A DNA stretch of 64,000 nucleotides from an uncultured delta proteobacterium (GCA_963766175.1 CAVXZE010000016.1:219032-283031); one strand, 5' to 3'. Counted from the first letter of the stretch, positions 36,639 to 46,292 are shown. Translations and numbers: made by a program. The notes: generated by a model not told the origin, from the sequence alone.

Positions 36639-37712
36639 ATGGGAGTCGTCAAGTACCTCGCCGCCGCGGGACTGCTGATCGTCGTCGCACTGCTGGTGAT
36701 CGCTCTCGGCTGGCGGGCTCTGATGCAGGGCAAGGTGAAGCGAGCGACCGCCATCCCCACCCCGGGCGGAATCGATTCTCTCGAGAAGGTGACCCTCGGT
36801 GGTGTCGATCAGTGGTTGTTGATCCGGGGCTGGGATCGATCGAATCCGGTTCTGCTTCACCTTCACGGGGGGCCCGGCTCCGCGGACATCTCGATCGCGC
36901 GGTTCTTCGACACCGAGCTGATCCAGCACTTCACGGTCGTCCACTGGGATCAGCGAGGTGCGGGAAAGTCGTTCAGCCCCGACATCCCCCCCGAGACCAT
37001 GACGCGGGAGCAGTTCGTCGAAGACATCCGGGAACTCGCGGAAATGCTCAGGAAGCGATTCGACGTCCCGAGGATCTATCTGGTCGGGCATTCCTGGGGG
37101 AGCGAGATCGGAGCCCTTGCCGCCTCACGGTATCCGGAGCTGTTTCACGCCTACGTGGGCGTCGCCCAGGTGGTCGAAGAATCCGAGCAGGAGCGCATCT
37201 CGTATCAATTCGTCCTCGACAAGGCCGTCGGGGACGGAAACCAGAAGGCGATTCGGGAGCTGGAAGGAATCGGTCCGCCGCCCTACGACGATGTTTCGGA
37301 GCTTCTGGTCCAGCGGAGATGGCTCGAACGGTTCGGCGGTGTCTCCCGCAGCAAAGAGACCGAGATGCGGGCCCTGATCAAGCGTGCGCTCTCCTCCCCC
37401 GACTACTCGCTGTGTGACGCGGTCCGGTTCTTCCGCGGGCAATCGTTCTCCTCGGGTCAGATGTGGCGCGAGAGTCGCGAGACGAATCTCTTCGAGCAGG
37501 CTCCCAGAATCACGGTTCCCGTCTACTTCTTCACCGGTCGCCACGACTACAACAGTCCCTTCGAAGAAGCCGAGCGCTACTATCGGGCGCTCGACGCGCC
37601 CCGAGGCAAGCACTTCATCTGGTTCGAGAACGCCGCCCACATGATTCCCTACGAAGCTCCCGACGAGTACGCCGACGCGCTCATCCACCGTGTGCTGAAG
37701 GAGACCCGGTGA
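36639..37712 (+). CDS. alpha/beta hydrolase, prolyl aminopeptidase-like (S33)
   Basis: N-terminal TM or signal segment, then LHLHGGPGS, WDQRGAGKS and LVGHSWGS motifs. Confidence 0.8.
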   Translation: MGVVKYLAAAGLLIVVALLVIALGWRALMQGKVKRATAIPTPGGIDSLEKVTLGGVDQWLLIRGWDRSNPVLLHLHGGPGSADISIARFFDTELIQHFTVVHWDQRGAGKSFSPDIPPETMTREQFVEDIRELAEMLRKRFDVPRIYLVGHSWGSEIGALAASRYPELFHAYVGVAQVVEESEQERISYQFVLDKAVGDGNQKAIRELEGIGPPPYDDVSELLVQRRWLERFGGVSRSKETEMRALIKRALSSPDYSLCDAVRFFRGQSFSSGQMWRESRETNLFEQAPRITVPVYFFTGRHDYNSPFEEAERYYRALDAPRGKHFIWFENAAHMIPYEAPDEYADALIHRVLKETR

Positions 37713-37726
37713 GAAGCGCGGGATCG

Positions 37727-38140
37727 CTACTCTTCCGCTGACTCGATCTTGGCGTCGAAGGCCTCCGCCTCCGGGAGCGACACCACGCCGTCGTCGTCGG
37801 TGTCGGCGGCCTCGTAGTCGCCGAAGCGCGCGTTCTCGTACTCGCGAAGCGTGAGCTTGTCGTCCTCATCGGCGTCGGCCGCTTCGAAGACTCCGGGCTC
37901 CACTTCCTCGAGCTCCTTCTCCGTCAGTGTGCCGTCCTTGTCGTCGTCGGCGAGGTAGTAGATCTCGATGATCAGGATCTGGAACTCCCCGCGGTCGATG
38001 ACACCGTCGTCGTTCTTGTCGACGGCATCGTGCGCCGCCGCCTCGTCGTCGACCTGTTCGTCGGCACGTGCCGCTCCCGGAAGCACTGCGACGCCCAGGG
38101 TCAGGACCAGGGTGATGAAGAGAGTCCATCCGAAGCGCAT
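37727..38140 (-). CDS. secreted EF-hand calcium-binding protein
   Basis: 137 aa. A signal peptide is followed by several DxDxDG loops (DKNDDGVIDRGEF, DDDKDGTLTEKEL, DADEDDKLTLREY, DTDDDGVVSLPE). The annotated 292-aa ORF extension is Arg-rich junk. Confidence 0.8.
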   Translation of the reverse strand: MRFGWTLFITLVLTLGVAVLPGAARADEQVDDEAAAHDAVDKNDDGVIDRGEFQILIIEIYYLADDDKDGTLTEKELEEVEPGVFEAADADEDDKLTLREYENARFGDYEAADTDDDGVVSLPEAEAFDAKIESAEE

Positions 38141-38190
38141 CTGTGATCTCCTTCGATGGCGTTCGTGGAGGTGAGCCGACCGCGATGCGG

Positions 38191-38667
38191 TCACTGCTGA
38201 ACCTGCCAGCTTCCGTCGGGCTGCCGGCACGCGGTGCCGTAGGCTTGATGCGTTTCCCCGGCGACCACGATCGTCTGCTGGAACTCGCGGCAGTAGGCCC
38301 CGGCCCCGGTCTGGTAGGTCCGGGTCGGAGTGAAGGTGCCGTAGTTTCCCGTATCCGGATTCTGCCAGCTGCTGGCCTGACCGGTGCGAGCGGTCTCGAG
38401 CGACAGCTGGGCCTGGCGCATCGCGAGCTCCTTGTCGCGCTGATCGAGGGAATTGCCGATCGCGCCGCCGATCAGCCCACCCGCCAGGACGCCGCCGATG
38501 ATTCCGGCGGTGCCTCCGCCGGCGGCCGCTGCGAGGAGTCCGCCGGCGGCGCTGCCCAGGAGCGCCCCGCCCGTGGTCTTGGGCGCGCCCCCGGCCGTGG
38601 CGCACGCCAGCGGTCCGGAGCCGACCAGGGCGAGGAGAACGAGGATGGCCATGCTTCGTCGGTTCAT
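38191..38667 (-). CDS. glycine-zipper outer-membrane lipoprotein (17-kDa surface antigen-like)
   Basis: Lipobox-like GPLACATAG and a Gly/Ala zipper (GGLLAAAAGGGTAGIIGGVLAGGLIGGAIG). The C-terminal YCREF...GTACRQPDGSW module is present. ATG 38667 has GGAAGGA upstream. Confidence 0.75.
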   Translation of the reverse strand: MNRRSMAILVLLALVGSGPLACATAGGAPKTTGGALLGSAAGGLLAAAAGGGTAGIIGGVLAGGLIGGAIGNSLDQRDKELAMRQAQLSLETARTGQASSWQNPDTGNYGTFTPTRTYQTGAGAYCREFQQTIVVAGETHQAYGTACRQPDGSWQVQQ

Positions 38668-38813
38668 GAGAGTCCTTCCTCTCGAGGGATTTTTCTTGGT
38701 GGGACGCCGCCGCCCGCAGGATCTCCGCAACGGGGGAGCCGTAATCTCGACCCTGCGTAGCGAAGGTACAGGATCAGCCGCAACTGGGGAAACCCCATGG
38801 TACCCTCTCGCGC

Positions 38814-39194
38814 GTGAGGCATCTTCGGCGCGACGGACTGCTCCTCGGCCTGGTCTTCGCCTGCGGGCTCGCCGCCTTTGGCCCGCCCGCAGCGGCCGAG
38901 CCCGACGAGGCCGCCCAGGCGGAGATCGCAGCGCTGCTCACCGCCGTTGGCACCGCGGGCTGCACCTTCATCCGCAACGGTGAGCCGGGCGACGCGGCCA
39001 GCGCCAAAGCCCACCTCGAGCGCAAGTACCGGTATGCTCGCAAGAAGCTGGACAGCGCCGAGGCCTTCATCGAGCGGGTCGCGTCGCAGAGCTCGATGAC
39101 TGGCCGGCCCTACCTCGTGGAGTGTCCCGGCAAGCCACAGCAGCCGACGCGGGAGTGGCTCTTCGATCGCCTGGCCGAGATCCGCGGATCGTAG
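38814..39194 (+). CDS. DUF5329-like periplasmic protein
   Basis: Signal peptide, then EIAALLTAVGTAGCTFIRNGEPGDAASAKAHLERKYRYA...AEAFIERVASQSSMTGRPYLV, which matches my recollection of DUF5329. It uses a GTG start. Confidence 0.6.
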   Translation: MRHLRRDGLLLGLVFACGLAAFGPPAAAEPDEAAQAEIAALLTAVGTAGCTFIRNGEPGDAASAKAHLERKYRYARKKLDSAEAFIERVASQSSMTGRPYLVECPGKPQQPTREWLFDRLAEIRGS

Positions 39195-39209
39195 GAGCAA
39201 TCTCCGGCT

Positions 39210-40925
39210 TCAATCGCAGATCTCGAGATTGATGCTCGGCTCCTCCTCGCCCCAGTCCACCGCCTCTTCGTGCACGACCTTGCCGTTCATCATCGTGGCC
39301 AGGACATTGGTCTCCGCGATCTCATCCGGCGTGCTCTCGAACGGGTTTCGGTCGAGGACGATCAAATCGGCACGCTTGCCCACCTCGATCGAGCCGATGT
39401 ATTCCTCGGCATCGATCAGATAGGCCGCGTCGATCGTGTAGGCGCGGATAGCATCTTCGAGTGTCAGCCGCTCGCTTTCAGGCGGAAGTGATGCCGTCTG
39501 GCCCGGGTTGCTGCGCGTCATCGCGATCGACATCTGCAGGAAGGGGTTCAAGGGAGCGGTCGGCCAGTCGGCGCTCAGGCCCACCCGTACGCCCATGTCC
39601 AGGAACGACTTCATCGGCATGACTTTGCTGTAACGCTCTTGACCCAGTCGAGCCAGGAGAATCTCCGACGGTATCGCGTTCTCTGCCGCGAATGTGTTGA
39701 CCGAGACGTCGAGCTGCCTGAAGCGCGGCTTGTCCTGTTCTGTGACGAGCATCGTGTGGCCCATGCTCAAGCGCGTCTCCTCGAGACCGGCTTCCCGAAC
39801 CGCCTGCATGCCGTCGAGCATTGCGCGGTTCGTCCAGTCGCCAATGGCATGCGCGTGGATGTTGTATCCGGCCTCGGCGGCCGCGAGCATCGACGAGCTG
39901 AGCTCTTCGGGGTCAAGCGACACCAGGCCGCGCGTATCCGGCGCATCCGAATAGGGCCCCAGCAGGCCGGCCGTACGCCCTTCGAAGGCGCCGTCGCCGT
40001 GAACTTTCAGCGTGTTGACGTTGAAGAGCTCCGACGAGTACATCGGACCAAACTTCTCGAGGGCCTCCAAAGCTCCCTTGATGTGCCGTGGGCGCTGGAT
40101 CATGGTGGCACACACCATGCGGACGGTGAGCCGGCCTTGCTGCTCGAGCTCGGAGACCGCTGAAAACACCGCCTCTTCGGTTCCCGGCACTTGGGCGACC
40201 TCATAGCTGGCCGTCACGCCGAGCTTCGACATCTGGCGAAGAACACCGTCCGCCTGCTCCAGCACGGCTTCCTTCTTGATGAGGTCGAGTGCGCCGATCA
40301 TGTAGAACACCGCCGCCGAGGAGGCCACGTAGCCATTGGGCGTACCGTCCTCCTCACGGCCAAAAGAGTCGATCGGATCCGGCTTGCCTTTGACGATGCC
40401 TGCCGCCTCCAGAGCCTTGGTATTGGCCCAGCCTCCGTGACCGGATGCGGCGATCATCAGGAAGGGGCGGTCCGCGATGATCGCATCGATGTCTTGCCGA
40501 TAGATTTCGACGGTTCCTTCAAAGGCGCCGCCGAACGAGAAGAAGGGGCCGTCCGGATGGGTGGCCAGGTACTTCTTGACGTTCTCGAGCATGATTCTGG
40601 CATCCCGTGACATCTCCATCGTCAGTCCGGACGAAAGAGCCATGAGCATCGTCGCGTGCTCATGGGTCGCGACGATTCCGGGCATCGTCATCTTGCCTCG
40701 CAGGTCGGCGACGATCGTTTCCTTGTCGATGAAGGCTCTGGCGCCCTTGTTGTCGCCCACGTAGACGATGTTCTTCCCCTCTATCGCCAGGGCCTCGGCC
40801 CAGGGCTGTGACGTGTCGGAAGTGTAGATCTTGCCATTCCGTAGGACGTAGTCGGCTTCCGCCCATGCGGAGCTCGCGATCAAGGCCACGGTGATCGCTT
40901 TGAAGACCGTCATCAGTTGCTTCAT
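39210..40925 (-). CDS. amidohydrolase_3-family metal-dependent hydrolase, secreted
   Basis: Signal peptide, then YVLRNGKIYT...MPGIVATHEHA and a C-terminal GSIEVGKRADLIVLD, typical of the amidohydrolase 3 family. It is noticeably richer in K/I/N/M codons and lower in GC than its neighbours. Confidence 0.85.
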   Translation of the reverse strand: MKQLMTVFKAITVALIASSAWAEADYVLRNGKIYTSDTSQPWAEALAIEGKNIVYVGDNKGARAFIDKETIVADLRGKMTMPGIVATHEHATMLMALSSGLTMEMSRDARIMLENVKKYLATHPDGPFFSFGGAFEGTVEIYRQDIDAIIADRPFLMIAASGHGGWANTKALEAAGIVKGKPDPIDSFGREEDGTPNGYVASSAAVFYMIGALDLIKKEAVLEQADGVLRQMSKLGVTASYEVAQVPGTEEAVFSAVSELEQQGRLTVRMVCATMIQRPRHIKGALEALEKFGPMYSSELFNVNTLKVHGDGAFEGRTAGLLGPYSDAPDTRGLVSLDPEELSSSMLAAAEAGYNIHAHAIGDWTNRAMLDGMQAVREAGLEETRLSMGHTMLVTEQDKPRFRQLDVSVNTFAAENAIPSEILLARLGQERYSKVMPMKSFLDMGVRVGLSADWPTAPLNPFLQMSIAMTRSNPGQTASLPPESERLTLEDAIRAYTIDAAYLIDAEEYIGSIEVGKRADLIVLDRNPFESTPDEIAETNVLATMMNGKVVHEEAVDWGEEEPSINLEICD

Positions 40926-41094
40926 GGTGTCTCTCCGGCTTCCCCATGCGTCGTGCCCGACGACGGCATCTGGGCGGTCTCGAGGTCCGAACCTCTAGCC
41001 AGTGTAGGTCTCGGCGACGTCCACGGTCAACGCGGTTTGATTGAGAGATCTCAGGTTCTGGCTTACTCTCGGCCAATCGGATCGGCCTGCCGCC

Positions 41095-41840
41095 ATGAAC
41101 CCGTCCCGCTGTTCTGTGTTGCTGACCGTGGCGACGACCTGGTTGCTGGCATGCGTCGCGATCGTTCTCGCTGGGTGCACGGAGCCGGAGTCGAGCGGCG
41201 GCGACGCACGAGAGGAAGAGGTCCCCTCCGCTTCCGAGCAGGCGATCGAGGACCAGTCTCCGCCGGAGGGGCCCGGGAAGATCCGCCGGGCCTGGTTCGG
41301 CGATCTCGACGAGATGCCCAAGAGACGACGCCTCCACGCCGTGGTCACCTTCAGCGACACCAACTGCAGCTACTACGAGAGCCTCCGATCGCTCAACAGA
41401 AAGTTCGAGGAGCAGGGGATTGCGCCGGTAACGCTGACGCCGGCGAGATCGCCTGAGCGTTTCGCAAGGACAGCCCCAAGCTCAAGCAGTTCGTCGATCG
41501 CTGGATCCGGACGAAATACAGGAAGGGGACGCTCACGGGCAACATCCTGTTCAGGTGGTATCTCCGCAGCACCCAATGGGTGGAGAGATCTCTGTCCGAT
41601 GAGCACGAGCGGGAGTGTTTCGCTCTCGCCGCCTACAATGCCGGGCCCATGAGAGTGGCGCAGCTTCGGAACGGAGCCATCGAGATGGGACTCGATCCCA
41701 ACCAATGGTTCAACAACGTCGAGGAGGTGGCGGCCAAGAAGATCGGGCGGGAGACGGTCCAGTACGTCAGCAACATCTTCAAGTACTACCACGCCTATCG
41801 GCGGGTCGCGGCCGAGTACGAGAGGAAGGGCTGGTTGTAG
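41095..41840 (+). pseudogene. MltF-like lytic transglycosylase remnant (SBP_bac_3 + SLT), multiply disrupted
   Basis: Frame 1 gives a lipoprotein signal (LAGC) and fragments of a solute-binding domain. Near 41440 the reading switches to frame 0, which reads ..GEIA-TGA-AFRKDSPKLKQFVDRWI. It then runs into only the tail of an SLT domain (FALAAYNAGP...GRETVQYVSNIFKYYHAY). The total is about 250 codons, against about 450 expected for the family. Confidence 0.7.
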
Positions 41841-41918
41841 CCTTCATCTCTTTCCGGGGCGGTGAGCTCTGCCCACGGGCAAACGCGGGACGTTCGTCTG
41901 GAACCGGTCCGGAGTCCT

Positions 41919-42275
41919 TCACTCGCCCCGGTAGATGCACCCGCTCGTGCAGGTCTCGGCGATGGATACCTGGCTGAGGTGGGGCAGGCGGGGTGCCACC
42001 TCCCTCCAGATCCACCGCGCCAGGATCTCGGTGGTGGGATTTTCCAGGCCGTCGATCTCGTTCAGGTAGTGGTGATCCAGCCGGTCGAGAGTGGGGAGGA
42101 AGGCCTCCGCGATGTCGGCGAAGTCGGTGACCCAGCCGTACTCCTCGTCGACCGGTGCGTCCAGGTGGAGCGTCACCTGGTAGGAGTGGCCGTGGAGCCG
42201 GTAGCACTTGTGGTCCTTGGGCACGAGGGGGAGACGGTGCGCTGCCTCGAATCGGAATGACTTGAAGATCTCCAT
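41919..42275 (-). CDS. queD: 6-carboxy-5,6,7,8-tetrahydropterin synthase
   Basis: 118 aa. [10 protein letters not shown]...CYRLHGHSY...WVTDFADI is the typical QueD/PTPS pattern. Confidence 0.9.
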   Translation of the reverse strand: MEIFKSFRFEAAHRLPLVPKDHKCYRLHGHSYQVTLHLDAPVDEEYGWVTDFADIAEAFLPTLDRLDHHYLNEIDGLENPTTEILARWIWREVAPRLPHLSQVSIAETCTSGCIYRGE

Positions 42276-42469
42276 CGCGTCGAGCTCCCTCGTGGAGAAC
42301 CCGTTTCGGAGGGATCTCCACGCAACTGCCCGTAGTGTACCACTGAGACGAGGAGGTCGGTCACGGCACCCGTAGATCCCCACCCTGTTTGTCATCAAGG
42401 GCAGGGTGGGATCCGCCGATACGCCGGGGAACCGGAAGCTTGCGCAACGTTTCGGGGGAGGTGCGCCGC

Positions 42470-42982
42470 ATGAAACAGATCCTGGTCGTGCTCATCCTGG
42501 TGGGCGCATGCTTCGGTGCGTACAAGCTCCTGTCACCCCCCGTGAAGGCTCCGGAGCTCAGCTTCGAGACTGCGGCGGGCCAGGCGCTGGGTTGGAGGGA
42601 TCTGCGCGGGGGCAAGCGGCATCTGCTGGCGGTCTTCCTGCTTCCGAATTGCTCTCTGAGCGAGTACTCCGCCGAGCTCGTACGTGACCTCCACGGGCAG
42701 TACGGGGACTCGGTCGCCTTCGTAGGGCTCGCCTTCGGCACAGCCCCGGTCGCCGACCGGATAAAGCGGGATCAGGCGCTCGGATTCCCGGTCGTTGGCC
42801 TTCGCGCCGTCACCGATCCCTTTGCCGGCCAGGAGTTCTTCGATGCGGTTCGCAAGGCCTACGGTGGCTCCTCGGGTGTCTACGGCGGGACCATCATCCT
42901 GCTGAACGACCAGAACGAGATGCTCTTCGGCCTCTCCCAGGGAGACGTGAGAGAGCTCCCCGACCGCCTCGCCGCGCTCTGA
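42470..42982 (+). CDS. thioredoxin-fold (TlpA/redoxin-like) protein with CxxS in place of CxxC
   Basis: Signal or anchor segment, then a redoxin-like layout ([38 protein letters not shown]...). Only one Cys sits at the active-site position. ATG 42470 has GGGGGAGG upstream. Confidence 0.6.
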   Translation: MKQILVVLILVGACFGAYKLLSPPVKAPELSFETAAGQALGWRDLRGGKRHLLAVFLLPNCSLSEYSAELVRDLHGQYGDSVAFVGLAFGTAPVADRIKRDQALGFPVVGLRAVTDPFAGQEFFDAVRKAYGGSSGVYGGTIILLNDQNEMLFGLSQGDVRELPDRLAAL

Positions 42983-43016
42983 CGACCCGCGGCGGGAGCG
43001 CGACGCGCCCTGCGGG

Positions 43017-44402
43017 CTACCGAGGTGGACCGAGCAGCCCGGGATGAATCCACTCCCGATTGGCCGCTGCCAGTCGGTCCCACATCTCGGGGATCCGATC
43101 CCGATCCATGTTCTCGAGCAGGGGATCGCGCTCCAGGGCGCCGATCATGAGCTGACGATCGCCGGATATGCTGGCCTCGACGACGTCCTCGATGATCCGC
43201 GCGTGCAGCGCCAGGTGTTCCTGAAGCGGGTCGGGGAGGGGCAGGGCGGTGACCGGATGTGGACCGCTGCCGTCGTAGGTGCACATGCTCTCGATCACCG
43301 CTCCCTCCGGCACGCCCGGCAGCCCCGCGCCGCGGTAAGGAAGATTGGATACGTCGTAGAAGGGCCGATCCAGCGTCATCGCCCTGATGATCCTGGATGC
43401 AGCCTCTTCCGAAACCCTGAGATCGATTTCCGCCCTCCCGGCGAGACGCTGGTTGACGGCTTGGCGGGCGAAACCGCGCCAGTCCACCAGCCGGCTCTGG
43501 ATGGTGGTGAGCATCACGCCGTAGTCCGCGCCCAGGTTCGTGCTTCGGTTCACGAACTCGGCGAAGAACTCGGCGTTGTGCCGATCGCCGCTATAGGGCC
43601 ACACACCGTGCCGCAGGAAGAGGACCATCTTGACGTTCTCGTGCCTGAGCTCCGGTGTCTCCGAATCGTAGAGGCGCTTGCTCCCCGCATCGATGCCTCT
43701 CTCCTCGATGAAGCGTCGAAGTCTCGGCAGGGCATCCTCGTCTCCAATCGTCAGCCTCTGCATCCAGCTGCAATGGTTGATTCCCAGCACGCCGATCTCC
43801 AGAGTCTCCCTCCACCTGCGGTAGTCGAAGCCCAGCCAGCCGGACAGCGTCGCCAGTCCACCGTAGAGCTCGTGGCAGAGGCCGACGGCGTTGACGCTCG
43901 TCTCACGGGTGATCGCGCGTGTCAGCGCAGAGAGCGGATTGCTCAGGTTCAGCAGCCACGCGTCCGGCGCGGCGTGGTTCTCGATGTCCCTGGCAATGCT
44001 CAGGAAGGCGGAGACGTTCCGCGCAGTCCGGATTGCGCCACCGATGCTGACGGTGTCGCCCACCGGCTGATGGATGCCGTACTCGTAGGGAATCTCGAGG
44101 TCCGCTTGCATGGCCTCGAGAGAGCCGACGGCGAGACTGGTGATCACGAAATCGGCAGCTGCGATGGCCTCCCGCTGGTCGGTGGTGCTCTGGATCCGGA
44201 CCCTGCCGCCGGTTCTGGCCGCGACCATCTCCGCCAGCCGATGCGCCTTCTCGAGATTGACCTCGTCGATGTCCTCGAGGACCAGCACCGGCCTGCGCTC
44301 GGCGAGGTCGGCGTCTTCCGAGAGCACCACGACGATGTCTCGCATCAGGGTGAATCCCCACTGCGGGCTGGCCGCACCGATCAGCACGATCTTGAGATCC
44401 AC
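43017..44402 (-). CDS. glycoside hydrolase family 4 (NAD/Mn-dependent glycosidase)
   Basis: It has an N-terminal LKIVLIGAASPQWGF Rossmann motif, SNPLSALTRA, VGLCHE and GINHCSW. I prefer GTG 44402 (GAGGAG 8 nt upstream); ATG 44453 is also possible. Confidence 0.8.
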   Translation of the reverse strand: MDLKIVLIGAASPQWGFTLMRDIVVVLSEDADLAERRPVLVLEDIDEVNLEKAHRLAEMVAARTGGRVRIQSTTDQREAIAAADFVITSLAVGSLEAMQADLEIPYEYGIHQPVGDTVSIGGAIRTARNVSAFLSIARDIENHAAPDAWLLNLSNPLSALTRAITRETSVNAVGLCHELYGGLATLSGWLGFDYRRWRETLEIGVLGINHCSWMQRLTIGDEDALPRLRRFIEERGIDAGSKRLYDSETPELRHENVKMVLFLRHGVWPYSGDRHNAEFFAEFVNRSTNLGADYGVMLTTIQSRLVDWRGFARQAVNQRLAGRAEIDLRVSEEAASRIIRAMTLDRPFYDVSNLPYRGAGLPGVPEGAVIESMCTYDGSGPHPVTALPLPDPLQEHLALHARIIEDVVEASISGDRQLMIGALERDPLLENMDRDRIPEMWDRLAAANREWIHPGLLGPPR

Positions 44403-44528
44403 GTTCGCCGCTCCTCTTGCCGAGGATAAGCGATCTACGGGCCAGATGGTCAATCAGCCTCTGAGTGCCTAAATTCCGAAGACCTGCCCGGACGCAGCCG
44501 GCCGGACCGGACGGAGGATCAAGCGACG

Positions 44529-45362
44529 ATGAGGATGCACCGTCTCGTTTTCGTGGTAGCTCTGCTCACGGTCATTGCCGCGGCCGGTGCTGGGCGAGAA
44601 GCTCTGGCCAGCGAAGAAGGCGAAGGTGGTGAGGCCGGCGAGCCCCTGGAGTTCTCCCATCCTCTGTTCAGCAACACTCCTCAGCCCGAGAGGGTGGTGC
44701 GGTTCTATTATGACTACTTCAACCAGCCGCGACACGAACACGAGCCCGGGGCCGACCGACACACACTGACAGCGGGGATGGAATACGCCCCGATCCGCTC
44801 GTTCAGCGTCGAGCTTCTCGTCCCCTGGACGTTTCTCAACCCGGACGAACACTCGAGCACAAATCGCCTCGACAACCTGGAGCTCGTGGGCAAGTACGCC
44901 AGCTTCGCCTTCCAGGAGCACGGTCTCATGCTCGGAGGAGGATTGGCCCTGGATCTGCCCACTGGAAACGAGGACAAGGGAATCGGCTCCAGCCACACCG
45001 TCTTGATCGAGCCCTTCCTGGACTTCGGCTACAAGCTGAATCGGTTCGAGCTCATCGGATTCGCCAACTTCGGATTTCCCGTCAACGAGCACGATGAGGA
45101 CGAAGCCGACCTCGAGCTGAGCTGGAATCTCTCCTTCCTCTATCTCATCACGGATCGGTTCCACTACCTGGTGGAATTCGACGGCGAGCACGATTTCGGC
45201 GGCGAGAGGGACGGCTTCAACATGGTCAACGTCTCTCCGGGCATCAAGTACCAGGTGCTGAAGAACAGGAAGCTCTATCTCGGTGCCTCGGTGCGGCTGC
45301 CTCTGACTTCTGACAAGGAATTCTACGTATCGCCCCGCCTCAGCGTTTTCTACCACTTCTGA
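44529..45362 (+). CDS. outer-membrane beta-barrel protein (MetA-pathway/transporter-like)
   Basis: Signal peptide, an alternating amphipathic strand pattern, and a C-terminal ...RLSVFYHF ending in Phe, as in OMP sorting signals. GC is visibly lower than in flanking genes. Confidence 0.65.
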   Translation: MRMHRLVFVVALLTVIAAAGAGREALASEEGEGGEAGEPLEFSHPLFSNTPQPERVVRFYYDYFNQPRHEHEPGADRHTLTAGMEYAPIRSFSVELLVPWTFLNPDEHSSTNRLDNLELVGKYASFAFQEHGLMLGGGLALDLPTGNEDKGIGSSHTVLIEPFLDFGYKLNRFELIGFANFGFPVNEHDEDEADLELSWNLSFLYLITDRFHYLVEFDGEHDFGGERDGFNMVNVSPGIKYQVLKNRKLYLGASVRLPLTSDKEFYVSPRLSVFYHF

Positions 45363-45416
45363 CCGGCGAGCAGCTCCCGCGGTGTTCTTCGCGGGCGCAA
45401 GCGGATTCGACGCACG

Positions 45417-46292
45417 ATGAGAAGACTCAAGGCCGCAGCCACACATACGACCCTCCTCGGACTCCTGGTGGCGGCGCTGTTCTTCCTCTCGCTGGGGCCT
45501 CCGGTCGCTGAATCGGACCGGACCCGGGTGGTGATCACGGACGCCGACGTCGCGCACGTGCGCGCCAGGTGGATCCGGACCTGGAACCGGCCACCCACGG
45601 CTGAGGAGCTGCAGAGCGCGCTGCAGCGTTACGTGCGGGAGGAAATCCTGTATCGCGAGGCGCTGGCGAAGGGGTTGGATCGCGGCGACCCCACCGTCAA
45701 GCTCACGCTGGTTCGGAAGCTCTCGATGATGGCCAGCGGGCTGGCCGACCAGCGGGAGATCACCGACGAGGAGATCGAGGCCTATTTTGCCCTCCGGAAG
45801 GAGCGCTACCGGATTCCGCAGCGGACCAGTCTGAGGCAGGTCTTCGTGAACCGCGATCAGCGCGGCGAGGCGGCAGAGGGCCACGCCCTCGAGATCCTCG
45901 CCGCGCTGAGGAAAGGCCGGCCGCAACCGCAGGAGCTCCCGGCATTCGGTGATCCACTGATGCTCGACCAGAGCTTCACCGATGCGGCCGACCAGGATCT
46001 GGTCCGGACCTTCGGTGGCCCCTTTGTCGACGCCGTTGCTGCCCTCGCGCCCGGCGAGTGGCAGGGACCGGTGGCGTCCGGCTACGGACTGCACCTGGTC
46101 CTGGTGGTCGACCGCACGCCATCGAGGCTTCCGGAGTGGCAGCAGGTCCGGGCACGCATCCTGGAGGACATACGGTACGAGGCCCGCCGAGCGGCGGAGG
46201 ATCAGTTCTTTCAGGAGGTGGCCTCCGGGTACCGGGTGTCCTACGACGAGGGTGCCGGGGCGGTGCTGACGCGCGGAGCCGAGAAAGAATAG
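45417..46292 (+). CDS. parvulin-type peptidyl-prolyl isomerase (SurA/PpiD-like)
   Basis: Signal or anchor segment. The C-terminal rotamase-like region reads LAPGEWQGPVASGYGLHLVLVVDRTPSRLPEWQQVRARI. Confidence 0.7.
   Translation: MRRLKAAATHTTLLGLLVAALFFLSLGPPVAESDRTRVVITDADVAHVRARWIRTWNRPPTAEELQSALQRYVREEILYREALAKGLDRGDPTVKLTLVRKLSMMASGLADQREITDEEIEAYFALRKERYRIPQRTSLRQVFVNRDQRGEAAEGHALEILAALRKGRPQPQELPAFGDPLMLDQSFTDAADQDLVRTFGGPFVDAVAALAPGEWQGPVASGYGLHLVLVVDRTPSRLPEWQQVRARILEDIRYEARRAAEDQFFQEVASGYRVSYDEGAGAVLTRGAEKE

Noticed and set aside
39198-39209. The 12-mer GAGCAATCTCCG occurs just after stop codons at both 39198 and 46295, bracketing the lower-GC 39-46 kb stretch. This could be att-like direct repeats of an island.
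   Set aside because: Exact 12-mer coincidences are expected by chance many times in 64 kb when both strands and the biased composition are considered. There is no integrase or tRNA nearby, and the intervening region is only patchily atypical.
42276-42400. A preQ1 riboswitch upstream of queD
   Set aside because: The leader lacks the short P1 hairpin plus A-rich tail that I recall for preQ1-I, and it shows no obvious pseudoknot-forming complement. An Infernal scan would be decisive.
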